This document shows, in pieces, positions 11,421-24,033 of a stretch of 64,000 bases of DNA. The stretch is taken from assembly GCA_965112155.1 (NCBI GenBank), contig OZ218102.1. One strand, written 5' to 3'. The first letter of the stretch is position 1; each line of letters opens with the position of its first letter. The notes below the pieces were generated by a model. The model searched no databases and had not been told where the DNA came from. It saw only the letters and a list, made by a program, of their open reading frames with translations. Origin of the DNA: Podarcis liolepis. Taxonomy: Eukaryota. A program made the position numbers and the translations under genes.

Positions 11421-13258
11421 TCCAGAAATAGAATAAACTAGAATGTAGCATGGGTCAAAAAAATACTTCTAAGTTTTATTATAGTCCTGGGTCACAGGCC
11501 TAAGAGGAATGGGGAAGACAAGAGGAGGAAGGGGCTTGGTGAGCCTCAGAAATGATTAGGAAATCCAGAGACTTTACATCTGCACCAGGCCAGTATTAGA
11601 AAGCTCCTCTTAATTTCTGTCACATACTGCTTGCTTTCAAATTAAGGATGAGCAAACTCTGTGAAGTGTGCATCTAAATTAATCTTGACAATCTTTTAGA
11701 AAAGCTCTACTAAAATCTGAAGCTTAATCACTTAATATTGGCAGAGCTTTGAAAAAGACAGAGGGATAAAATTATAATTCTGAGATTGGAACTGAAAGTA
11801 GTCAGTGTATCATTTTGGGGGGTTCATAATTTCAGAAATCTGCTTAAAAGAACAAACCAACATTTTCATGCCTTCACCCAAAATAAAGTAAAAAGTGACA
11901 AATCTGTGGTGATCATGATTCAGAACCATTTTGTACAGTGTAAGAAACTCAGATATATATGCTAGGCGCCAAAAGGCTCCTTAAACCAGGGTTACAGTTG
12001 CCAAAATGGAATGTCTTGTTGCCATTTTGGTTGTTGAAAGAGGCATGTTATTTTCTCTATTTTTGGTCAACAATAGAGTTTCCACTTAAAACTTTTGATT
12101 ACATTACCTTATACTATATGAAACTAACTGGCATCTTGGGATATTTTCTAAACAATAAGCTTTGATTCCATGGAGATCATCTCTTCTCTTTTAGACTGGG
12201 ATGGAAACCAAGTGCAACAAAAGTAATTATCAGCGGCTGATTGCACAATACATAGGCAAGATAATAACTTAATCGGTGTACTCAATCAGATCATTTTTCC
12301 TGTGGGGTTTTTTTTAGCACTGACCAAAATCAACAAGGAAATTGGAACCAATGCGAGAGTGACCACTATGTCCCTGGTGTGAACTGGTTATTGTAAGAAA
12401 TAATAGATGCCAAAGGCCAACACAGAGTAGTGAAACTTGAAATGTCTCCAGCTCTATATATGTCTATGCTGCAGTTACTTAGGGCCTCGTGCATCGTGGG
12501 GACGATTAAGGACTGAATCAATCATAAGCACTACAGTGTCATGATGCTTATGATTATTGAACACATTCGTATAATGAGTTAGATGGTCCATTGCATTTGC
12601 CTTTTAATACATGAGTGTCTTTAACTGCAACATAATTTGAGCTCAGGCTCTTATGTAGCTCCTTCTCCACTGTTCCACTCAATTGCTATGAACCAGCACT
12701 AGGAACAGAATCAGCCTTAAATATTAGGATATCCAAGGTCTGCTTGATTTTGTTTTGATTACAGAACTACAAGCAATAATAAGATCCAGAAAATTTAAAA
12801 TATATATATGAAGTATCATAGTTGCAATTCACTTTACAAACTATGAGTAATCATACCAAGTCTGTTTCAACTAGGTGTAGTATAACGAAATCCTATTTTC
12901 CTGAGGAAAATTATTTTTGTATTGGATTCTAATAAGAAATTCTGCCAAGTTGCTACCCATCCACCTGAATGGAGATAACAGAATTCCTCCTGTTATGACT
13001 CAATCCTTGTACCATTTGCAATAGTTTACTACCTATGCCATTAATTAAAGTCAACCCCCCCCCCAATACAACCTATCACTCTTACCACATGACTGTCAAA
13101 TGGATTTTACTTTATCAAAATCTGGTGGTAAGAATCACTGCTTGCCCTTGGGTTTTGTGATGCACAAACATGATAGATTGCTTCTAGTGGAAATGGACCC
13201 TTACTATCATTCTGTAATAATCAGTATGATCATTTATATTTGCATGGTGCACTGCAAT

Positions 13259-13451
13259 NNNNNNNNNNNNNNNNNNNNNNNNNNNNNNNNNNNNNNNNNN
13301 NNNNNNNNNNNNNNNNNNNNNNNNNNNNNNNNNNNNNNNNNNNNNNNNNNNNNNNNNNNNNNNNNNNNNNNNNNNNNNNNNNNNNNNNNNNNNNNNNNNN
13401 NNNNNNNNNNNNNNNNNNNNNNNNNNNNNNNNNNNNNNNNNNNNNNNNNNN
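13259..13451. other. Assembly gap (193 N)
   Basis: Run of n in the sequence. Confidence 1.
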
Positions 13452-13469
13452 TTTTTGTATTTTCTAACT

Positions 13470-13632
13470 CAGTACCACAATACCTCAAGGACCAACTCTC
13501 ACCATATGCACCAACCCAGACCCTGCAACCATCATCTGAGGCCCTTTTTTTGTGCCCTTCCTCCACAAGAGGTCCAGAGGGTAGCCACACAAGAATGGGC
13601 CTGTTCTGCGGTGGCTCCTTGTTTGTGGAGAA
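13470..13632 (+). mobile_element. L2 LINE ORF2 C-terminal fragment
   Basis: PQYLKDQLSPYAPTQTLQPSSEAL, then after a frameshift EVQRVATQEWACSAVAPCLW; typical L2 motifs. Confidence 0.8.
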
Positions 13633-13961
13633 TTGACACAGAGTCTACACAGAGCCTAATTCTTTATCATGTGAGCCCCAACCTATTGAATTACACTGCT
13701 CATGGGGGGATTCTGGTGCCCTTAACAGTTTTGTTGGTCATCTTTGTGACTGCTTGTAAAAAGCTACAGGGAGATATCAAATGGCTAAAATTTGCAGATA
13801 TCAAGGAATGACTTGTGAATTCCATTACGGCCCCCTCTACCTTTCTCTTATAATTTGAACACTACAGTACCATCCCATAATTTAATATACTCTAGACATA
13901 ACATTGGCACCTCACTAAGAACTAAGCTTTAGTTGGGCCTAATAGCCCAACTAAACGCGTT

Positions 13962-14324
13962 GGGACGCGGGTGGCGCTGTGGGTAAAATCTCAGCACCTA
14001 GGACTTGCCGATCGTGTGGTCGGCGGTTTGAATCCCTGTGGCGGGGTGAGCTCCCGTCGTTCGGTCCCAGCTCCTGCCCACCTAGCAGTTCGAAAGCACC
14101 CCTAAGTGCAAGTACATAAATAGGTACCACTTTATAGCGGGAAGGTAAACGGCGTTTCCGTGTGCTGCGCTGGTGCTGGCTCGCCAGAGCAGCTTCGTCA
14201 AGCTGGCCACGTGACCCGGAAGTGTCTTCGGACGGCGCTGGCCCCCGGCCTCTTAAGTGAGATGGGTGCACAACCCTAGAGTCGGACACGACTGGCCCGT
14301 ACTGGCAGGGGTACCTTTACCTTT
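13962..14324 (+). mobile_element. Sauria SINE, full length
   Basis: gggacgcgggtggcgctgtgggtaaa head with A box and B-box-like ggtttgaatccc, Bov-B-like tail gagtcggacacgactg, (acctttt)-type end acctttaccttt, TSD taatagccca (13940-13949 / 14324-14333). Confidence 0.95.
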
Positions 14325-15287
14325 AATAGCCCACTCAGCCCATTAGGACTGGAAGAGCTGTTCTGTTAATGGGTAGACAAAAAAAAGCATAATTAAAACC
14401 ATTCACTAATGAATAAAAACAGCAAGGGAAGATCAAATTATCTGAATTTCTAGACCTCAGCTAAGGATTTCAGAACAAAATCTAAGTGACATATACATTA
14501 CAATTCTACTATGTGAGTGTACAGGCATAGATTCTTCAGTCTTCAAAGTTTTTCTTTCAGTATTTTCCACATCCAGTAAACCATTTGTCATTTTGCTGTG
14601 CTTTGGGGCTCAATGTAATAGAGCAGGTATCTGAATTTCAGCAACACGACTGGCTGGGCCAAAGTCCATGTCCTAGTGTTAAGATTCCCCTGTTTGTTTT
14701 CAATCAAGCTGAAAAAAGATTTCCACTCCAGTCTCAAGCCCTTGTCACTCCCTGTTATTGTGTTATAGGTTGGAATTGTGCAAGACAGCACGTTGTGACA
14801 GATTGTAGTGACAATGCTTATAAAGAGGGTGGTGGCATTAGGCAATAATAAGAAGACAATTTTACAAAGATCATTTCAGGCACTATGAAGAGTGCAATCC
14901 TTATTACTATATGGGAAATTCCAAAATGTTTAAATTTGTACAAAATAAGCAAATTTAATAACTATTCAGATTTGCTGACTTCATTGATTATATGGAATTT
15001 TAATATACTTTTTTCAAGTTGTATATCCAGTCTACATTGCACTGTCTGGTGCTCTAACCACACTGTTCTTTCCTCCATTAAAGATATGCTGATCAGAGTG
15101 TTCTCTTAACAAATTATGCCAAATTAGGCATGCTTCATGAATTACTATACCAGCTGATCTAATCCACACTACCCATACTAATGTGCAGGCTGGAACTCAG
15201 GTTATTTCACACTTCCCCAATGTCATAACACAGTTATTGGCTCAATTAAAAAAAATCAAAATGAATATTTTGAGACCAAATACAGGC

Positions 15288-15616
15288 GCTTGGCATGTTT
15301 AGCCTGGAAAATAGGAGACAGAGATGAGATGAGATAAGATAATCATCTTCAAATATCTTAAGGGTTGTCACAAGGAAGATAGAGCAAGCTTGTTTTCTCC
15401 TGTTCTGGAGGGTAGGACTTGAACCAATGGCTTCTAGTTAGAAAAAAGCCGATTCCAAATAAACATCAGGAAGAACAAGCCTCAGGAGGCTGTGGACTCT
15501 CCTTCACTGGAGGTTTTTAAGCAGAGGTTGGATGGCCATCTATCTTGGATGCTTGGACTAGATTACCCTTGGGGGTCCCTTCCAACTTTGTGATTCTATG
15601 TTTCTAAAATTCTATG
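15288..15616 (+). mobile_element. CR1 LINE 3' fragment
   Basis: LGMFSLENRR, IFKYLKG, SLEVFKQRLDGHL motifs and terminal ggtcccttccaact...attctatg. Confidence 0.9.
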
Positions 15617-16029
15617 TAAAACTATACAATTAAGAAATAATAATTCATAGCTTAATACAGGAAAAGATAGCCCAGATTAAAAAGTGAACACATACAAAAG
15701 TGACATGGATTGGAAATAGTCTGATTTGTCCAGACCTACATCAGACACGCTCAATTAATAGATATAAGCAGCATTTGTATGTTTTGGGGACATACTATAT
15801 GGACTCTGAAGGTAAATAAATCTTATAAGTAGGTCCCATGTGGGGGGGGAAATCCTTCAGAAAAACACAGACAGCTCAGAATCAATGTCAAGTTGTCTAC
15901 TGTATAGCAAAATCCCTTATACTTCAGCTCTCATCACCCATTAACCCATGAAATATTATATATATAGTATCATATAAGCAAAGTGATACAACATAATACA
16001 AGCACAGTATAATAGTTGCAAATACAAGG

Positions 16030-16202
16030 TGAGACATAGCCCAGCGGTAGACCATTGCTTTTCATGCAGAAGATTCCAGGTTCAACACCTCGCATCTCCA
16101 GGAAGAGACACCTGTCTGAAATCCTATCTCAAATCTTGGATAGCCCCCTAACAAGTCAGTGTAGCTAGATGGACCAATGATCTGACTCAGCTTACTATGT
16201 TC
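16030..16202 (+). mobile_element. tRNA(Ala)-like, CR1-tailed SINE, degraded
   Basis: tagcccagcggtaga (A box), ggttcaacacct (B box), tail agatggaccaatgatctgactcag...ctatgttc. Confidence 0.7.
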
Positions 16203-17728
16203 AAAGCAAATTGTTCTGGATAATTCACGTAAGTGTGCCAAGTCAATCAATCCTCTTCCACCCCAGAAGAAGGACAAAACAAGCAATCTGGCTTAGAGAC
16301 ACATTTTTTATGATCCCAAATATTCCCAGTAGTAAAACTGTGAGAATGTCCAGAAACCATATATCAGATATTCCCAAAAGCTGTTTTCTAGGGTACCGCC
16401 ACCCAGTATTCAGTTGCTACAGCAACAGATGTAGGACAAGCAGAGGAAGGAGAAGTACATTCTTATCAAAGAGCACTATGGAGCTTCCAATGATCTTTGT
16501 GAGTTCAGAGAAATTCAGTGAGACTTGCTCTCTAGTAATTCAACATATGCATGCAGTGTAAAGTCCAACCTTATGCTGAGTCAGGTACACCTAAGCCTCT
16601 TGGGAGACATACAGTGATGTCCACCATGTTGCAAAACAAATTTCTGCTTCTGCTTCATCTCACTTGCCCTGTAGCCCCCAAACCTCTGAAACAGATTTTG
16701 GTGATGTGAGGGGGGCTGCAGGGAGGGAATAGAGGAAGGAGCCACACCTGCTTGCACAACATTATCCCTAACTCCGCATGGGATCAAGATGAAAGCATAT
16801 TTATTGATAATGGCTTTAATTTTTACAATTCCAGATTCACCATGAGATTAATCGACTTCATTTGGAAATGGCTTTAGCATGTTTACTTAGTACTTCAGTT
16901 CATTAATTTATAAGATCTGTTCTCTTTCCAGGGCTCTGCAAGCTTGACACATTGAAACAAACCAATCATTGGACTGAAATATTCAATGGGAGTAGGACAA
17001 AAGGCTAATGGGAACACTGTTGCCCAGGCAACAAGACTTGTTGGATATTCCTGGTGGCTTTTGGTGGTATTCGCTTTTTCTCTGAACAAGGACCACATGT
17101 TTATTTTTAATCTTTGATTATTTATACTTAAAATGCAATTAATATATACATTAATCAGCAACCACTGCATAGTTAGATATCTTCACACTGTGGTAGGTTT
17201 ATAATGATGTGGCGGGGAAGAAATACTAGCATAATTTTTGAGAGTTTAAATTCAAGTTTAAGGGATAACAAGACACATCCTTATGCCTCTCTTCTTCTAT
17301 GACTCATTTGACCCATATTTGCAGATGCCTCCAGCAAAAAAGCTTTTGTTTCTCTTAAGCCTCATAAATTGCCTCTATTTGGAAGTTATATATATGAAAA
17401 AATGTTTTAAGTGGAACAGTTTGCAAATTAGGTCATATACCATTTTTCTGAAACACATTTTTCTTCAACATGTCTTTTTTTAAATGAGAGATCTTTGATT
17501 TGCACATATTGAAAATGGTATTTATATGCTTACTGTATGTTTGATGTTGGTGTTATTTTTCCACAAACAACCATGCAGATGAATTATAATGAGTGAAAAG
17601 CAAACAGTTAATGAGGCTGAGATTTTCAGTTATCATTTCCCCTTCTTCAAGCTCTTATGCCAAACAAGTGGGTAAAACATAAAATTAAAAGTGATGAGCA
17701 GAAATGAGTGCTCATTACACTGCATTCA

Positions 17729-17968
<240 letters not shown>

Positions 17969-18065
17969 TTAATTCAAGGGGAAAAAACCTTTGTGAATTG
18001 CAAAGAAAATAATTTGTGAGAAAACGTGAGAATGATCAATTTCTTTTTCCAAACTATAAAATTAA

Positions 18066-18066
18066 A

Positions 18067-18106
<40 letters not shown>

Positions 18107-18107
18107 A
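18066..18107. repeat. (GAAA)n microsatellite
   Basis: Read directly. Confidence 0.95.
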
Positions 18108-20454
18108 GGAAAATCTACCAAGCAATGGATTTCAGATGCATTATTCTAACTAAAGAAGTTTTATTCATCAGCAGCTGATTCAAAGATCTCATCATAAATT
18201 TGGAAACAAACTTAGAAAGAGTCATATCCTCAAACATAATGAAAGGAAGATACAAAATGAGTTTTCTTAAACAGAGTTCATACCTAGTAATTTAATAAAA
18301 AACCTTTTGACACGGCACAACCCTTTCCTAAGATATGATCATATGACATATGTAGTAGAATGAATTCATTTATCTTGTTTTGTTTGAAATAAACAATCAA
18401 ATTCCTATACATCTAAAATAAAAAATAGGATTCTCCAATGAAAAGCTGACAAAATACGAGTTAATAAATACTTATTTATGACTGTGTACTATTATAATAG
18501 TTTATTGAGTCATATGACTTTTACAGAAAAGTGAGTGTTTTTTTTAAAAAAACAAACAAACAAAATATATACATTAGGATATATAATCATTTTTTAAAAT
18601 TCTCACTTTTCAAAAGTCTGCTAAGTTCACAATGTTGGCAACTACAAGTGTGCACTGAAGTTACGCAGTGTAATAGTCCATCAACCTAAAAAGCTGATTT
18701 GACTTTTCACACCCAAATATCTGCATCAGTTTTTAAAATATGCCTAGTCATTCTTATGATGATGACCATGACAATTTGAAGGCCATGCATTTCAAAGGCT
18801 GAGAAACTAGACTGCTCACCAACCCCAATCTCCATGCCTCAGTTTCCCTCCCACAGAATATCCTTCTCCAGGACCACAAGACCTCCCTCTGCCAGCCTGT
18901 TTCCCTCCCCATAACCACAACATCTATGTTCTCCATTCCTCAATTCCTCTCCCCCCCAAGGCCACAATGTGATTTTCACCCTCAAAAATTCCCCACAATA
19001 GATCCTCCACAGATCACACTTTCTCCTACCCACAGTACCCTGCCAAATGATATATATCCTGACAGAAAAAGCTTCCATTTATTTGTGCAGCATGTAGAAC
19101 TTGACTTCCTAAACATATGCTGTGCGATGGGGGGGGGGGGCGGTTTTCAAAAAATTCTTCTCTGAGAAAGTTTGGCTCCGCCCTAGGATTAATAACCAGA
19201 AACGACCAAACCCACTCCTCCCTCTAAATGCCATGCTCAGTTCTTCTTTCATATAAAAAAACCTATCTAATTCAATAGAGCTGGGGGGGGGGGGGAAGAG
19301 CAAAAACACATGAGTCCCAAACTAAAAAAAGCAGAATGAAAATTTCAAATGATCTCATGATTTGAAAACTGCCTGCATTAGGTGTTTGGATTGTCATTCA
19401 ACTTTTCAGGCTGGGGCTTTCCGTACCCTGAATGAATGCATGGCCACTTGCATGGTGCTGAATAGCAAATACTCTGGTTGTCTGCAAGATGATAGAGCGA
19501 CTGCAGAATGAATTGAGGCAGTGTGCTGTCATGCGTTTGAAGCTGGATTAAGAAGTCACTTAGAATTTTGCCACTGAAGTTTGCCATGCCTGCTGCATCC
19601 TTTTTTGGCCTATTTTTCTGGTTCTCTAAATCAATCACAAAACGATTCAAAATGCTCAATAGTAAAAAAACCCCCACAAAAACTAAAAATCAAGAGAGTT
19701 GCCTTGAAGATAATGAAAATGTTCTGGTGCATTCATACATTTGGTTAAACTCATCAATAGCCACCCGTTCAATTTTGCTGAGGGATTACCTATATCCGTG
19801 CATATAAATATTATCTCATATGTAGACATAATACAAAGGCATAATTGTGAGGGCAGACGTTGCTGTGAAGTGGAGATAGACATGAAAACGCTTTTGAATT
19901 TGACTTGGTATTCTGTGTTTGAACACTTTGTGTTTGAATTTATCAGCTAAAATACCCAGGGAAAGAAGAGCATGTTGTACTTGCTCCCCAAACATGTGTC
20001 TGGTGATAAATGCAATATGAAGGAAAGCATTTCCTGGGCAGAAATGGCTTGGTGTGTTTGTGTTGCTAACCTTTCATGAGTTAGTCAATAAGAAAATAAC
20101 TTCACCTTCCTCAGTCATTTCCCTAGGTGAGGGGGGAATAGGGGAAACCTGGCCAGGTAGCGTGTGCAAGGAAGACTTGAAGTAAGGGTTAAACAATGGC
20201 ACCTGCCCATTAGCTGTCTGCTGCAAATCCTGTCTCAGTCCCACCTCTGCATTAGTATCCTGTGGTGAAGGTGAATTTCGTTCACAATACATGTAGTTCT
20301 TCTCAAAGTCTCCATTTTTTAATAGATAGTATAACTCCCATACCCCTCTACTAATGTCTCCCTTACTGAGGAACAGCATCTCAGGCAACATTATCAACTT
20401 CCATGAATATCCACTAATATAACAGAAATTCACAAATATCAATTTTAGTTATAG

Positions 20455-20680
20455 TCGCTGTGCTATTCAGTGGTTAAAGAGTCTCAGCCTAGGATTTAGG
20501 AGAGCCACTCAGGCACAAAGTCCATAGGATAACCTTGGGACCATCATTGTCTTTCAGTCTATAACCTGTTTCACAGGACTGCAGTCCGCAGGGATGGAGG
20601 GGGTGCTACCTTGAGCTTCTTGTGCTTACCTTGAGGGGAGAGAGAATGCAGGATATATACATAGTAATAATAATAAAAAA
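20455..20680 (+). mobile_element. Old MIR/CORE-type SINE
   Basis: cagtggttaaagagt head, ggataaccttggg..cattgtctttcagtct..aacct.tttcacagg core, (aat)n tail. Confidence 0.6.
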
Positions 20681-21090
20681 TGTAATCTACTTGCACTTTG
20701 ATAGTGCAAGATATTTATCAAGAACAAATACATGCATGCAACATTACTCCACTGACCATTTTTAAATACGAAATCAGCTTACAGAAGAGTAATCTTAGAA
20801 ATGGAAGCAGGGAGTATGTAACCCTGACCTGGTCCCACTTTTCCCATGCAGCCTTTTCCAGTGGGGTTCCATGTTTGCAGTGACCCTGATACTGATTTCC
20901 AGTGAGTTTTCAAAAACCAATTGAAACATTACTGAATGTGGCAGTTCCCTCACACTTTCAATAACCACTAGCCTGTCTCAATCAGATACAGTTGGAGACT
21001 CGTCTCTATTTAGACAGAAATGCATAATTCTTATAATTTTTTTGTGGCAGCTTGAAACTCGCTGTGCATGCCATTCAGAGCTCATACATA

Positions 21091-21316
21091 CAGTGGTACC
21101 TCTGTTTACGAACGCTTCAGGTTACGAGCTCTGCTAACCCGGAAGTAGCTGCTCCTGGTTGCGAACTTTGCCCCAGGATGAGAACGAAAATTGTGTGCCG
21201 GCAGCACAGCGGCAGCAAGAGGCCCCATTAGCAAAAGTGTGCCTCAGGATAAGAAAGGTTTCAGCTTAAGAACGGACCTCCAGAATGAATTAAGTTCGTA
21301 ACCAGAGGTACCACTG
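21091..21316. mobile_element. Tigger-like MITE, family A (opposite orientation to 4808)
   Basis: ta|cagtggtacctctg...cagaggtaccactg|ta. Confidence 0.9.
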
Positions 21317-21462
21317 TAGATCCATGTGCAAGAGATCAGGAGTATCTTATGTGACTGCAGTGAAATGCTTAGATAAAAAGTATCTTTTACTTGCTACAAT
21401 AAGATTCATAAAAACTTATCAGTGGTTTGTGAAGATACTGCATTCATTTGAAACACACCTCA

Positions 21463-21464
<2 letters not shown>

Positions 21465-21496
<32 letters not shown>
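21465..21496. repeat. (GT)n microsatellite
   Basis: Read directly. Confidence 0.95.
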
Positions 21497-21504
<8 letters not shown>

Positions 21505-22327
21505 GGTGATAAGCCACATGTAGACACTCGTATGTTCTTCATCAGCAAAGGCATTCTGAAATAGAACATCTTTCCCTCTCCACCACCCCTGCACCACAAA
21601 ATATATCTCAGAGGGTCACTGCTCTAATGCACTTGCTGGGTTCATACTTGTTTATAATTTGTTTCACAATCAAAGGCCCAATGAATTCAATTTAGTGTGC
21701 TTTTGGCAAAAAACTTATTGCTGTAAGTCTATGCCATGTAATGAACGTACATGGACTACTTATTAAAAGTAAATTAGGTTGGCCTATAATCAATCACACT
21801 TAACGGCTGCTGTTTATGCTGTTGCCCCTTTCAGCTGCAAATTAATATATGAACCTGAAAAACACTTAAGTGCTGGACTATGCAGTTAACATTTTAGTAC
21901 ACATTTGGGTACTATGCAAAAAACAAAAACAAATAACAAATGAATAATTATAATCTCTGGGTTCCGCCAAAGACTATGAATTGTGTCTAAGGACTATCAT
22001 CTTTCTCACTCTGAGGATAATAATGTATTCAACAGTAAAAGAACAAAACACTTTTTTTTGTAAATTGCTTTAGGCTGCAATCCATATTCGTGTTCCTCAG
22101 GCTAAGTCACAGTGAACTCACTTACTTTGTGGGGATGGGATGTTAAGAGCTTTGTCTCTCATTCTACATTTGTGCACACATCTGAATAGTAGTAATAATA
22201 ATTCAACATAGGAATACTAGAAAGAATCTACAGAATGATCCAGAGTGTGAATTTGCTTTTGATTGTTTAGGACAGGGTTTACTACAGCACGATCCAAAGC
22301 TATGATACCCCAGAACAAAGTAAAACT

Positions 22328-22331
<4 letters not shown>

Positions 22332-22363
<32 letters not shown>
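22332..22363. repeat. (CT)n microsatellite
   Basis: Read directly. Confidence 0.95.
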
Positions 22364-22366
<3 letters not shown>

Positions 22367-22654
22367 AATTTTAAAATAAATATAAACTGACCTGCGTTTG
22401 CATGGCATCAAAAGCAAAATGAGAAAATAATGCCATTCAGAAAGGACCAAAACAAGCAGAATTGTGGGGCAGAGGGAGAGAAAAATGATGCTTGTCAATG
22501 CAAGTCAAAGGCTTGTTTTGAAACTGTCATTTTTATTCCATGCTGAAGCATGGAAAAGTGATTGTAAAGTATATATGGAATAGAAAGCAATCTCAGCTTT
22601 TTGTAAAACACAAGCAAAAGGCTAATTCCTTTTCATATTCCAGAGTGGATGGAG

Positions 22655-22656
<2 letters not shown>

Positions 22657-22702
<46 letters not shown>
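22657..22702. repeat. (CA)n microsatellite
   Basis: Read directly. Confidence 0.95.
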
Positions 22703-22704
<2 letters not shown>

Positions 22705-23214
22705 CTAAAGTCTGCTTAGAGCTATCAGGCTAAAGCTATTTTAATAATAACACACGGTAACCTCTCTATAGCCGTTTTCCAGTAAGACAGACCATTATAA
22801 TGTCACTGTTTTTCCTTCGAGCTATAACTCACCCACTACTAAAATATTCAAGAAACATTGTGGCAGTTGTGATTACATGTTTGAATGGTTTACTTTCAAA
22901 TATATGTAATATTATACTCGGCATTCACTGTGCTGAGTGCAAATAAATGTAATTTTAGTCCAGGCTTACAATTTCACTAGGGGATGGGCTGCTGCCCCTT
23001 ATTTGAGTTCCTGTTGCTTCTTCTCCCTTCCAACTGTCCACCTTTCACCAAAGAGAAAAAGTTCACAGGAACCACAGATGTCAAAGCACTGCTGCCTGTC
23101 CCGAGTTCGGATCTTATGGCATGTGACACCCAACTTTGATGTGTGTATAAACTGAAGCTAAATCCTGGCAAGATGGGAGTTGCATAGGTAGGTGTTTCAC
23201 CTGCTAATGGAGAT

Positions 23215-23900
23215 GGGGTTCCACAACTTCTGGATGCAGTGGCACTCTCCCGGAAGGTACACTGCTTGGGGTGCCCCTCAATACATCTTTGCTATTAGAC
23301 ACTCAAGAACAAGCAGCCTCTGTGGGGCTTAGTGCCTCCTAGAGTGCTGAGGTATCTGTCTCATCTCCTCAGCAGAGATAGCTTGGCCACAGTTATCCAT
23401 GCTCTGGCGACATTCAGGAACGGCTGCTGTATTTTGTTCTACATCAAGCTGCCAGTGAGGATTATTTGGAAACTGCAGTTAATACAAAATACAGCAAGCT
23501 GGGTAGTACTAATTGGGACTGGGTGCAGGAAACATAGCACACCAGTGTCTTAATAGATTAAATGGCTCCCTGTCTTTTCTTCTTTCTTTTTTAGCAGAAG
23601 TCAAAGTACTGGCACTCACTTTTAACACCATACACAGTTTGGAGACCTGGGTATCTGAAAATGCCTGATCCCATTTCAGCCTGTTCATGCATCAAGGTTA
23701 TCTACAATGGCTTTCCACTGAGTGCTCCTTCAGTCTTATGTGAGACAGGCAGTAACCAGTGAGACAGCCTTCTTAGTTACAGCACACACATAATGTTTGG
23801 AATTACCTTTGTAAAGATAAGTTTGCTTGATACCCACATTGTTATCCTGTTAGACCAAAGTAAAGACTTTTTGTTCTCCAATCCCTCCGAATTTGATGTA
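23215..23900 (+). mobile_element. L2 LINE ORF2 3' region, degraded
   Basis: ORF 23332-23553: DSLATVIHAL..R...LP....KLQLIQNTA...KHSTPV; downstream AFLVTA and VKTFLF remnants. Confidence 0.85.
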
Positions 23901-23987
23901 TTGTTTTAATTTACCCTTTTATGATCTTGCATATTTACTACTATTTTTATACAGAACTCTATTGCTGCAAATGCAGAATATACATCA

Positions 23988-23990
<3 letters not shown>

Positions 23991-24029
<39 letters not shown>
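23991..24029. repeat. (CA)n microsatellite
   Basis: Read directly. Confidence 0.95.

Positions 24030-24033
<4 letters not shown>

Noticed and set aside
12520-12555. 11-bp hairpin aatcataagca/tgcttatgatt as a pre-miRNA
   Set aside because: Stem too short and AT-rich; no known miRNA recognised
13100-13636. 178-aa ORF and overlapping ORFs
   Set aside because: Length is an artefact of the N gap; the downstream part is L2
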